Below, in pieces: positions 37,173 to 45,986 of a stretch of DNA of 64,000 bases. Made by a program: the position numbers and the translations under genes. This stretch comes from Natronomonas sp. Its GTDB lineage: Archaea > Halobacteriota > Halobacteria > Halobacteriales > Haloarculaceae. The stretch's first letter is position 1. Each line of letters begins with the position of its first letter. The DNA lies in assembly GCA_040409725.1 (NCBI GenBank), contig JARWGK010000105.1:1808-65807 (forward strand), given 5' to 3'. The notes beneath the pieces were generated by a model. The model saw nothing but the letters and a program-made list of their open reading frames with translations. It did no database searches and was not told where the DNA came from.

Positions 37173-37502
37173 ATGGGCGTTCGGCCACCACAGCAGGACG
37201 ACGACGACGAACCGGATACGGTTGCCTTCGGGATCGCTGCACTCGACGACCGACTCGAACGAGCCGAGTTGTACTTCCCGGCGACGAGCGAGGAGGTGCT
37301 CGAAGCACTCGGCGATCAGACGATTCCCTACGACGCAAGCGGCAACGAGGTCCGCCTCTCTGACGTGCTCGAAGAAACGCACAAGACACGATTCGAGAAC
37401 CGCCAGCAGCTGATGAACGCACTCCATCCGGTCTTCGAGGCCCGCAGAGAACAGAAAAACAACAGCGTCGTCGGTCGACTGCGCTCGCTGCTTCCCTTTT
37501 GA
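37173..37502 (+). CDS. small conserved haloarchaeal protein (DUF2795/DUF5789-like)
   Basis: FGIAALDDRL, FPATSEE, IPYDASG, LHPVFE; start at ATG 37173. Confidence 0.72.
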   Translation: MGVRPPQQDDDDEPDTVAFGIAALDDRLERAELYFPATSEEVLEALGDQTIPYDASGNEVRLSDVLEETHKTRFENRQQLMNALHPVFEARREQKNNSVVGRLRSLLPF

Positions 37503-37520
37503 GCTCCCCGTCCGTCGCAC

Positions 37521-38459
37521 TCACATCCGGTCGTCGTCGATCTGCTCCCGTAGCTCCTCGATCCGCCGCCGCTGTTCGCGGTTCATCGAGACGACGATAT
37601 CCGAAAGCACACCGAACATCAGCAACTGGACGGAAAGCAGGATCAAAAACGCCGCGAGCAGGGCACTGATCTCCCGCGACACCCCGTTGACGAAGAACTC
37701 GTAGCCGACGAACAGCCCGACGCCGACGCCCGCCACCAGTCCGAGGAGTGCAACGCTGCCGAAGTAGAAGATCGGATTGTTGGTTCGGGCGAGACGATAC
37801 AGCGTGAGTCCGATGCGAGCGCCGTCCTTCAGCGGACGGAGGTTGGTCTCGGATCCTCCCGGCCGGGATTCGTACCCGATTGGAACGACCGTGGTCGAAA
37901 TCCCGTTTCTGATGCACTCGACGGCCAGTTCCGTCTCGATTCCGAACCCCTCGGCGGTGAGGCGGGATCGTTCGAACGATTCCCGCGTGAACGCCCGGTA
38001 CCCGGAGAGTATATCGGTGTAGTTCGTCCCATGGATGATCCCGAAGGCGCGATTGATCAGGCGATTTCCGACCCGATTGAGTCGATCCATCGCCCCCGGT
38101 TCCATCTCCGCGAACCGGTTGCCGATGACGTGTTCGGATCGCCCCTCGAAAAGCGGTTCGAGCATCGCCTCCGCATCCGCCGGCCTGTACGTGCCGTCGC
38201 CGTCGGCCATCAGCACGTACTCCGCGTCGACGTGTTCGGCCACCGCCTCCCGAACCGCCTGTCCCTTCCCGCTTCCGGACTGTTCGACGACCCGCCCGCC
38301 GGCCTCGGCGGCGAGTTCCCGTGTCCCGTCGTCGGAGCCACCGTCTACGACGAGGATGTCGTCGAACCCTTCGTCTCGAAACCCGGATACGACATCGGCG
38401 ATCGCAGCCGCCTCGTTGTAGGTCGGCAGGAGCACACAGACGTCATCTCGGGTCGGCAT
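37521..38459 (-). CDS. aglJ: dolichol-phosphate glycosyltransferase AglJ (GT2)
   Basis: VCVLLPTYNEA, VDGGSDDGT, GKGQAV, DGDGTY, VIGNR, GFGIETE, NPIFYF plus two C-terminal TM helices; start at ATG 38459. Confidence 0.85.
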   Translation of the reverse strand: MPTRDDVCVLLPTYNEAAAIADVVSGFRDEGFDDILVVDGGSDDGTRELAAEAGGRVVEQSGSGKGQAVREAVAEHVDAEYVLMADGDGTYRPADAEAMLEPLFEGRSEHVIGNRFAEMEPGAMDRLNRVGNRLINRAFGIIHGTNYTDILSGYRAFTRESFERSRLTAEGFGIETELAVECIRNGISTTVVPIGYESRPGGSETNLRPLKDGARIGLTLYRLARTNNPIFYFGSVALLGLVAGVGVGLFVGYEFFVNGVSREISALLAAFLILLSVQLLMFGVLSDIVVSMNREQRRRIEELREQIDDDRM

Positions 38460-38586
38460 CACCGAAATGTCGACCCATCGACTGTTAAGTGTACGCTTTC
38501 CCGGGCGACCACTTTCGACCCGTCGGTGGTCCTTTGCCCCGATGTCTTCGAGCAGCTTTATGTCCGGCTGCCGGCAACCCCGAGAC

Positions 38587-39729
38587 ATGGCGACCGTCTT
38601 CCTCGGCCTCGCTTTGCTCGTCGTCGCCGGGATTCCCTACGGCCTGTATCTGACAGCAGGTCTGCTCCGGTCCGGGACCGATTCGCCGGCCGAAAAGACG
38701 CCGGCGATCGAACCGGTCAGCGTCGTCGTTCCGACCTACAACGAGGCAGCGATCGTCGAGGACACCCTTGAGGAACTCTGTTCGGTCGAGTATCCCGCAG
38801 AACACCTCGAAATCGTCGTCGTCGATTCGAGCGACGACGAAACCGCGGCGATCGTTCGCGACTTCTTCGCCGACAGGGCCGATCCGACGCTGACGCTGAT
38901 CGAGGAGGACGACCGGGGTGGCGTCGCCCGGGCGGTCAACCGGGCAGTCGAGGCGGCAACCCACGACATCATCTTCCGGACCGACTGTGACGCCCGCATC
39001 GGCGCCGAGACGATCCGCCACGCCGTCGCAAACCTACAGGACGACGCGATCGGTGGCGTGACGGGACGACAGACGACGGTCCTCGGCGGCAGCGAGGTCG
39101 AGGCGCAGTACCGGAGCCTCCAGACGAGAAACCAACTGCTCGAATCACACCTCGATTCGACCTTCATCGTCCACGGCCCCTGCTTTGCCTTCCGCCGGGA
39201 GTACTTCGAGGAACTGCCGACGGCCACGATCGCCGACGACACCGCCATCGCCGTCGCCATCCGACGACAGGGGAAACGCGTCGTGCTCGACCCTGCGATG
39301 GAGTTCACGGAGACGGGGACCTCCGACATCCGCGGTCGACGAACCCGAAAGGATCGGCGTGCGATGGGGCTTTTGCAGTTGCTCGATCGGAACCGCGATT
39401 TACTCGGCCGATACGGACGCTACGGGTCGATCGTCGTCCCGTTCAACTGGTGGTTTCTGTCGATCTCACCGTGGCTGTCGATCGGCGGCTGGTTTCTGAT
39501 CCTTTTCGGCATCTCGATCACGGTTCCACCGCTCGGCGTCGTTGCCGTGCTCGGAACCCTCGTCGGGGTGTACCTGGGCCAGCGTGATCGACTCGGCCGA
39601 CTGCAGGCTCCCTACGCCGTCTTCGATGCACACCTCTCGCTTCTCGTCGCGCGACTCCGACTGTGGCGGGAAGACCCCGACGGCAGCTGGTCGGTGGACG
39701 AAGAATCGAGGACGACGCTTGAGTCCTGA
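38587..39729 (+). CDS. GT2 membrane glycosyltransferase (cellulose synthase/PgaC-like)
   Basis: N-terminal TM helix, VSVVVPTYNE, RTDCD, IADD, RRTRK.RR, C-terminal TM helices; start at ATG 38587. Confidence 0.88.
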   Translation: MATVFLGLALLVVAGIPYGLYLTAGLLRSGTDSPAEKTPAIEPVSVVVPTYNEAAIVEDTLEELCSVEYPAEHLEIVVVDSSDDETAAIVRDFFADRADPTLTLIEEDDRGGVARAVNRAVEAATHDIIFRTDCDARIGAETIRHAVANLQDDAIGGVTGRQTTVLGGSEVEAQYRSLQTRNQLLESHLDSTFIVHGPCFAFRREYFEELPTATIADDTAIAVAIRRQGKRVVLDPAMEFTETGTSDIRGRRTRKDRRAMGLLQLLDRNRDLLGRYGRYGSIVVPFNWWFLSISPWLSIGGWFLILFGISITVPPLGVVAVLGTLVGVYLGQRDRLGRLQAPYAVFDAHLSLLVARLRLWREDPDGSWSVDEESRTTLES

Positions 39730-39734
39730 TCGGC

Positions 39735-40685
39735 TCAACGCTCCTCCGAGCGCACCTGACGGACCGTGCGACGAACGCGCCCGCGGGCGACGGCGAGGGC
39801 CTCCCGGTAGTAGCCGACCCCTCGGACGGCGGTCATCCCGATCCCGAGCAGGCTCACGAGCGCCCGTTCGACGCCCGTGAATCGGTCCGCCACGGATGAG
39901 GCGGATCCCCGGCCCACTTCGAGTTGATCGCGGTGAATCCCGCTCGGCCGGGGCGGAATCCCGACCCGCCCGTACCGATCCGGGTAGTATCGCTGGAGCT
40001 GGCAGTGACCGCGACCGATGCGGAGATTTCGGCTTATCAGCGATCGAAGCGAATCCCGCGTCGGGTGATACACTACGACCTCCGGCGCGTAATGGAGGTC
40101 GTAGCCCGCCGACCGGACCCGGTTGCCGAACTCCCTGTCGCCGCCGGAGACGAGTCGCTCGTCGAACGACCCGACATCGTCGATCAGTTCGCGCGTGACG
40201 AACAGACAGGCCGTCGGCGCAAAGCCATGCCGTTCGATGAACTCCTCGATCGGAAACCCCGTCGCCCGGTTGTACCGGCCGGCGAGCGTCGGCGTCTCCG
40301 GCGACGACAGACGCACATCCGGTGCGAGATAGGCTCCACTTCGGGCTTCGAGCGCCTCGAGTCCGGTTTCGAGCCAGCTGTCCGTGACCGTCTGGTCGGC
40401 GTCGAGAAACACGACCACATCGCCGGAGGCGACTTCGAGACCGGTGTTGCGGGCGGCATAGGAGCCCTGAACCGCCCGTTCGTGTTCGAGTCGAACGTGT
40501 GGATACTCCTCGACGTACGATCTGACGACCGCCGGCGTGTGATCCGTCGATCCGTTGTCGACGACGATGATCTCGGGGCGGTCGTCGGTGTGGTCGAGAA
40601 TCGAATCGAGCGTGTCACGGATCCCGTCGGGGTCGTTGTACACGGGAACGATGATCGACGTCGATTCGGTGGTGACCCGGGCCAC
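39735..40685 (-). CDS. GT2 glycosyltransferase (soluble)
   Basis: SIIVPVYN, VDNGSTD, SYAARNTG, FLDAD, SGGDREF. Confidence 0.9.
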   Translation of the reverse strand: MARVTTESTSIIVPVYNDPDGIRDTLDSILDHTDDRPEIIVVDNGSTDHTPAVVRSYVEEYPHVRLEHERAVQGSYAARNTGLEVASGDVVVFLDADQTVTDSWLETGLEALEARSGAYLAPDVRLSSPETPTLAGRYNRATGFPIEEFIERHGFAPTACLFVTRELIDDVGSFDERLVSGGDREFGNRVRSAGYDLHYAPEVVVYHPTRDSLRSLISRNLRIGRGHCQLQRYYPDRYGRVGIPPRPSGIHRDQLEVGRGSASSVADRFTGVERALVSLLGIGMTAVRGVGYYREALAVARGRVRRTVRQVRSEER

Positions 40686-40760
40686 ATCACGAGGTACTCA
40701 CGTCGAAATATAAAATGATGCGCCACGGTGGCGGTCGCATCGGCGGACGTACCCCGGCGA

Positions 40761-41741
40761 TCAATCCACGTATCCAAGCGCCCTGAGATTCTCTTCGATC
40801 GCTTCTTCGGGTACGTCCGTGGTTTCGACGGGCGGTTCGGACACCGTTTCTCTCCGCTCGCCGCCGTCGACTTCCAGCCAGGGCACGACCCGCAGCTCCG
40901 GCGTGTACACGTTTCCCGGATGGCCGTATCGCTTCGGGACGAACCAGCCGTCGGGGTCGCCGAGCAACTCGCCGTGGTCGGTCGACACGACGGATCTGCC
41001 GTCGAGTTCCTCGAGGAGCCGTTCGACCTCCTCGAGAACGATCTCCAGATTCTCGACGTACAGGTCGTACAGCACGTCGTCGGTGATGTACCCGTCCTCT
41101 GCGGCGTTTCGTAGCTGTGAGAACGACAGGTCGGGGTCGTCGGCGTCCGATCCGTGCATGACGTTCATCTTCTCAAACTCCATTCCGTGTTCGTCCCGCA
41201 GTTGGCCGCGAATTCGGTCGGCCTTCGGTCCGATGTACGGCGTGTGTGGCTGCATGAAGTGGACGACGAGCCGCTTGTCCGGATGTGCCTCGTGGGCCTC
41301 TGCCGCCACCTCACGGATGTGATCCGGCATCCATCCCCGATACCGACGCTCGTGACGATCGTACGTTTTCACGATCTTGAAGAAGACATCGTCGGCGATT
41401 CGTTCGGTGTTGCCGTTTCCGGTCACGTAGACCGTATCGTGTAACTCGCGGTCCGCGAAGTTCTTCCGCATGAACTCGTAGCTCGTAGAGCCCCGGGAGA
41501 CGACCGAGCGGAGGTCACCGGTGATGTCGTTTACCGCCTCGAAGGTGTCGTACCGACACGCGTCCAGAAGGAGCAGATTGTCCCAGTCCTCGGCCATCAC
41601 GTCGAGACCGGACCCATGTTTGTCGACGAAGGCTCTCCGCTGTGTCCGGGTGTGGAGCAGAAACTTCAGCTCCTCGGCGAAGAGCCCGGGGTTCCGCAGC
41701 GCGTTTTTCAGCCCTTCGACGGTGTACCGCTCCGGTAGCAT
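40761..41741 (-). CDS. sulfatase/alkaline-phosphatase superfamily protein
   Basis: LLLDACRYD, HFMQPHTPY, STDHGELLG, GHP...PWL; start at ATG 41741. Confidence 0.82.
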   Translation of the reverse strand: MLPERYTVEGLKNALRNPGLFAEELKFLLHTRTQRRAFVDKHGSGLDVMAEDWDNLLLLDACRYDTFEAVNDITGDLRSVVSRGSTSYEFMRKNFADRELHDTVYVTGNGNTERIADDVFFKIVKTYDRHERRYRGWMPDHIREVAAEAHEAHPDKRLVVHFMQPHTPYIGPKADRIRGQLRDEHGMEFEKMNVMHGSDADDPDLSFSQLRNAAEDGYITDDVLYDLYVENLEIVLEEVERLLEELDGRSVVSTDHGELLGDPDGWFVPKRYGHPGNVYTPELRVVPWLEVDGGERRETVSEPPVETTDVPEEAIEENLRALGYVD

Positions 41742-41884
41742 GCTGAGACGGTTGTAAGGCGGCACGGAAGAATATCGGGGGAACCGTGTGGCTGTGCCGA
41801 TCGAGGTGGCGTCGGATCGACGGCCGGGTGCCCGGGCCGTCGTCAAGAACTATACGCCGCCGGGGAAAACCACCGACTCAGTCG

Positions 41885-43033
41885 ATGGAAACCGTCTACG
41901 ATCTGGCCGTTTCGTTTGCCGATCGGGGACTCGGGGAGTTGCGGGCCGACGGGTCGATGCCGCCGGGATGCAACGGACCGTGGGACGACGCCGAGACGCC
42001 GGTCAGAAACACCGGCCACTGGCTGATCACGTTCCTCGAGGCTCACGAAATCACAGACGAGACCCGGTATCTGGATGCGGCGCGGGATGCGGCGGCGTAT
42101 CTCCTGTCCGAGGAGGCCCGCCCACACGGCGAGACGTTCCACCACCGACACGGCGGCGACCGGGACCGGTGCAACGGGCTGATCGGACAGGCGTGGTCGA
42201 TCGAGGCACTCGCCGTCGCCGCGGAGCGACTGGACGACACCCGGCTGTGTTCGGTCGCAGAGCGGACGTTCCTGCGTCACCCCTTCGATCGCCGTCTCGC
42301 CGCGTGGCGTCCCGTCGAGATAGACGGAACATCCCTCCCGCTCGATATGACCTTCAACCACCAGCTCTGGTTCGCAGCAGCCGGCGCGATTCTCGCAAAT
42401 CTGCCCGAGGTCGATCCTCGCGTCGGCCGCCGTGTCGAACGATTTCTGGACGAACTGGCGGCGAACGTCGACACCACCCCGGAGGGCCGGATCGAGCACA
42501 TCTTCAAACCCGAGTTCGATCTCTCGAAGTATCTGCGGATCTTCTACGACGGCCTTCGGGCCGGGACCGCCCACAAGATGGTCGCCGGACAGCTTCGGTC
42601 GATCCTCGGTCGGGACGGCGACGGAACCGGCGGAACGTTCGAAAAACAGGCCGTCGGCTACCACAGCTTCAACCTGTACGGGCTGGCCATCCTGTACGAC
42701 GAGTATCCGGATCACCGCTTCTGGGAGACCCGGACGTTTCGATCCACCCTCGAATACGCCGAAAGCGACACCTACGAGCGACGCCTCGCGGACAATCCGT
42801 ACGGCTACCCGTACAACTGTGCGGGGATCGAACTCGCGGTCGCCTTCGAACGCTTCGGCGTAGGAGACGACGAGACGCGACGGGCTTGGATCGGCCGCCA
42901 ACTTGAGGCCACGTACGACGACGAAACGGGCACCTTTTCACGCAACACGCCCGATCCGCGAACGTTGACCGCCCGCATATACGAAGCGACGAGGCTCTCG
43001 GATATCCGGCTGCCGGAGTCGATCCACCACTGA
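41885..43033 (+). CDS. aglQ: AglQ-like protein of N-glycosylation cluster
   Basis: DGSMPPGCNGPW.D.ETPVRNTGHW, CNGLIGQAWSIE, TFNHQLW, YHSFNLY resemble Haloferax AglQ as I recall it; cluster context; start at ATG 41885. Confidence 0.75.
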   Translation: METVYDLAVSFADRGLGELRADGSMPPGCNGPWDDAETPVRNTGHWLITFLEAHEITDETRYLDAARDAAAYLLSEEARPHGETFHHRHGGDRDRCNGLIGQAWSIEALAVAAERLDDTRLCSVAERTFLRHPFDRRLAAWRPVEIDGTSLPLDMTFNHQLWFAAAGAILANLPEVDPRVGRRVERFLDELAANVDTTPEGRIEHIFKPEFDLSKYLRIFYDGLRAGTAHKMVAGQLRSILGRDGDGTGGTFEKQAVGYHSFNLYGLAILYDEYPDHRFWETRTFRSTLEYAESDTYERRLADNPYGYPYNCAGIELAVAFERFGVGDDETRRAWIGRQLEATYDDETGTFSRNTPDPRTLTARIYEATRLSDIRLPESIHH

Positions 43034-43036
43034 GCT

Positions 43037-43843
43037 ATGACCGGGGGAGCCATCGCGGAGGGGCTGAAGATCCTCCGACACGATGGACCGCTGGAGGCAC
43101 TTCGGGCCGGACTCCGATTCTGCAACCTCAACTACCAGGGTTATTACTACTACCTCCGCCGCGAGTACCGAATCCGGAGGGATCGATCGATCGGGCGGAC
43201 GGACCCCTTCACCGTTCTGTGGGTCGATCCGCGGCGGATCACCGCCGTTCCAGAAACGCTCTGGTACCGCTGGACGCACTTCGGCGAGACACGCGACGGC
43301 GAGTGGGATCGGACCGACCGCACCGTCGACGATCTGATCAAATACCGAAGCGTCGTCGATCGATTCGAGAACGACCGACCGTGGGAGGAGACGGCGGTGT
43401 ATCGGGAGGCGATGAAGCGCGTCAGGAGCGGGGGGACGTACTGGAACGGCTGTCGAACCGCAGCGGACGTTCGACGGCGGGCAGAGCACGTCGAGGAACT
43501 GTACGAACGAATCGACGAACACGGGTACAGGTCACAGGAACAGCTACGCGGCGAGTCGCTCCGAGAGATCACGCTGAGTCGAACGTTCGATCGATCACAG
43601 GAGGAGGTCGCGGTTGCAGTCGGCCGTAACGGTGAGTTCCTGTTCGTCGACGGCAACCACCGCCTTGCGATCGCACACGTCATCGGCATCGAAGAGATTC
43701 CCGTCCACGTCGTGACCCGACACGCAGAGTGGGAGTCGATTCGACGCCGGATCGATGCCGGTAGCGCACCACGGGCCGAAGTCGATGCCTACGGCGACCA
43801 CCCGGACATCCCCACCTCGATTTTCGACTCGGACGTTCCGTAA
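43037..43843 (+). CDS. ParB/sulfiredoxin-like domain protein (copy 1)
   Basis: VAVAVGRNGEFLFVDGNHRLAIA...IPVHVVTRH. Confidence 0.75.
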   Translation: MTGGAIAEGLKILRHDGPLEALRAGLRFCNLNYQGYYYYLRREYRIRRDRSIGRTDPFTVLWVDPRRITAVPETLWYRWTHFGETRDGEWDRTDRTVDDLIKYRSVVDRFENDRPWEETAVYREAMKRVRSGGTYWNGCRTAADVRRRAEHVEELYERIDEHGYRSQEQLRGESLREITLSRTFDRSQEEVAVAVGRNGEFLFVDGNHRLAIAHVIGIEEIPVHVVTRHAEWESIRRRIDAGSAPRAEVDAYGDHPDIPTSIFDSDVP

Positions 43844-43875
43844 CATATTGTTGTCCGACCCGCCATCCTCCGGTC

Positions 43876-44631
43876 GTGTTGGGTCACATCCGTCGCGGCG
43901 TCTCGACGCTCCTGTCGTACCCCCGGTCGCTCGCCTCGAGCTACCGCGACGGTGGCGTCTCGGAGGTGGCGACCGATATTCGGGAACACCTCTGGTGGCG
44001 GTGGTACCGACTCCGGATGCACCCGCAGTTCAGGCCGATCTATACGCGCTTCAACCGCGTCGGACACCGGCTCCTGCCCGCTCACTTCACCGACGCGGAC
44101 CCGTTCGAGACGATTCACGTCGACCCGGCGAACGTCGAGAGCGTGGCCGTCGGGCTTCCGTCCGTCTGGGGCCGGGTCATCGGCGGCGACTGGGAGCGAC
44201 GACCGTTCGACGACGAGGCCGCCTATCGGGCGGCGAAGGAGCGGTTTCTGGACGGAACGCCGTGGACCGAGATCGATCGGACGGTCGCGGATCCGGAGGT
44301 CTACGAACGGCTGTACGAATCGATCGAGAGACACGGGTATCGATCACAGGCCGAACTGTCCGAGACGGCGGGTCTCTCCGGGAGACGGGACTGTGAGATC
44401 GGCGTGGCCATCGACCGCGACGGGTCGATCCTCTGGGTCAAACGCGGCTTCCATCGGCTCACGATCGCAAAGCTCCTCGAAATCGAGTCGATCCCGGTGC
44501 AGGTCAGGGTCAGACACCCAGCCTGGCAGGCGATCCGAGACGAGGTTCGCGCCGCCGACACCCACCGCCTGCTTTCGTCCCCGGCGATCAGACACCTCGA
44601 CCATCCGGATCTGGAGGACCTCACGGAATAA
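43876..44631 (+). CDS. ParB/sulfiredoxin-like domain protein (copy 2)
   Basis: IGVAIDRDGSILWVKRGFHRLTIA...IPVQVRVRH; DPF...VDP and GDW shared with copy 1. Confidence 0.72.
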   Translation: MLGHIRRGVSTLLSYPRSLASSYRDGGVSEVATDIREHLWWRWYRLRMHPQFRPIYTRFNRVGHRLLPAHFTDADPFETIHVDPANVESVAVGLPSVWGRVIGGDWERRPFDDEAAYRAAKERFLDGTPWTEIDRTVADPEVYERLYESIERHGYRSQAELSETAGLSGRRDCEIGVAIDRDGSILWVKRGFHRLTIAKLLEIESIPVQVRVRHPAWQAIRDEVRAADTHRLLSSPAIRHLDHPDLEDLTE

Positions 44632-44634
44632 CAG

Positions 44635-45930
44635 ATGGACGTGACACGACTCGCCAGGAGCGCTCCGGCACAACTGCTTCGTGCCCGCCGGAAATACGCA
44701 TCCGACGGTGCCGCCGAGTTGCTCTCGGAGGCGGTTGCCACGGTACTCGAATCTGAACCGGTTCGATCGACCGTCTGTCGGTCGTTGCTCGGGTCTATCG
44801 ATGTCCTCGGATGGGACGAACTGCGAGAACGGACAGACCGATCGTGGACGTGTTCGATCGCGGATTCGGTCCCACCCGAGGTACCGATCCCACCGAAACA
44901 GCGACTGCCGAGGCGACACTCCTTCGAGGGGCTCGACTCGACGCCCCCGCGACGCCCGGGCGTCGTCGAGTGCGACGGGGTGGTTCTCGGTCCCGGCGGT
45001 ATCGGGCGTACGGCCGACGGCGATCTCCTCGTCAGTACCGTCGGACCGGATCACGCGCGGAGTCGCATCGAAACGCTCCTCGTCCGAAGCCTCCGACACA
45101 ACGGCATTGAGGCGACGAGACGCGGACTCGAATCGCTGTCGGCCGACCGACGACTCGACTGTGCCGTTTCACTCGTTCCGGTCTGGAACAACTACTACCA
45201 CTGGACGGTCGAGTGTCTGCCCCGACTGCTCGGCGTCGAAACGTACCGTCGCCGGACCGGCCGTCGGCCGACGCTCCTCGTCCCGGCCGACCCGCCGTCG
45301 TGGCTCACCGAATCGCTCTCGATTCTCGGCGTCGACGACTCGACGGTACAGCCGATCGGCGACGAATCGATCGCCGTCGACCGACTCGTCGTTCCGTCGT
45401 ATCCGACCCCCTCACGACTGGAGTGTCGGTGGCTCTCCGACCGCGTCCGACGGCGATCCGACGACGCGGAAAGCGGTCCCGCTGGCCGTCGCCGAGGTCG
45501 GCCGGAGGCGCTTCCGTCCCGGATTTACGTTTCGAGACAGAACGCGAACGTCCGACGGGTGCGAAACGACTCGGCGGTGTTCGAGACGCTCGAGGCCTTC
45601 GGTGTCGAGCCGTACGCCCTCGAAGCCCACGATGTCGAAACGCAGATTCGGTTATTTCGAAACGCCGAGTTGGTCGTCGCACCCCACGGTGCCGGACTCG
45701 GAAATCTCGTCTACGCCGAATCGGATCCGCCGACCGTCCTCGAACTGTTCGGAGACAAACAGAAGACGACGTTCTACCGCCTCTCGAAGCTGTTCGGTTC
45801 CGAGTATCACGCCCTGTTCTGTGATCACGTCCGAAAGGATCTCGTCGTCGATACGGCACACCTCGCGGCTGCTCTCGACGGCATCTGCTCGGGAACCCGA
45901 CAGCCGGTGTTTCCCGTCCGACGCGACTGA
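44635..45930 (+). CDS. glycosyltransferase family 61 (DUF563) protein
   Basis: NNYYHWTVECLPRL, RIYVSR, RRVRN, QIRLF..AELVVAPHGAGLGN. Confidence 0.85.
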   Translation: MDVTRLARSAPAQLLRARRKYASDGAAELLSEAVATVLESEPVRSTVCRSLLGSIDVLGWDELRERTDRSWTCSIADSVPPEVPIPPKQRLPRRHSFEGLDSTPPRRPGVVECDGVVLGPGGIGRTADGDLLVSTVGPDHARSRIETLLVRSLRHNGIEATRRGLESLSADRRLDCAVSLVPVWNNYYHWTVECLPRLLGVETYRRRTGRRPTLLVPADPPSWLTESLSILGVDDSTVQPIGDESIAVDRLVVPSYPTPSRLECRWLSDRVRRRSDDAESGPAGRRRGRPEALPSRIYVSRQNANVRRVRNDSAVFETLEAFGVEPYALEAHDVETQIRLFRNAELVVAPHGAGLGNLVYAESDPPTVLELFGDKQKTTFYRLSKLFGSEYHALFCDHVRKDLVVDTAHLAAALDGICSGTRQPVFPVRRD

Positions 45931-45986
45931 CCTGTCGAAACGAGAAAAGGTATAACCCTTCTACGCCGGTACTCGCACAGAGCTGT

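Noticed and set aside
43037-44631. Chromosome or plasmid partition locus (parAB/parS)
   Set aside because: No ParA, no HTH in the ParB-like proteins, no repeat array; the context is glycosylation
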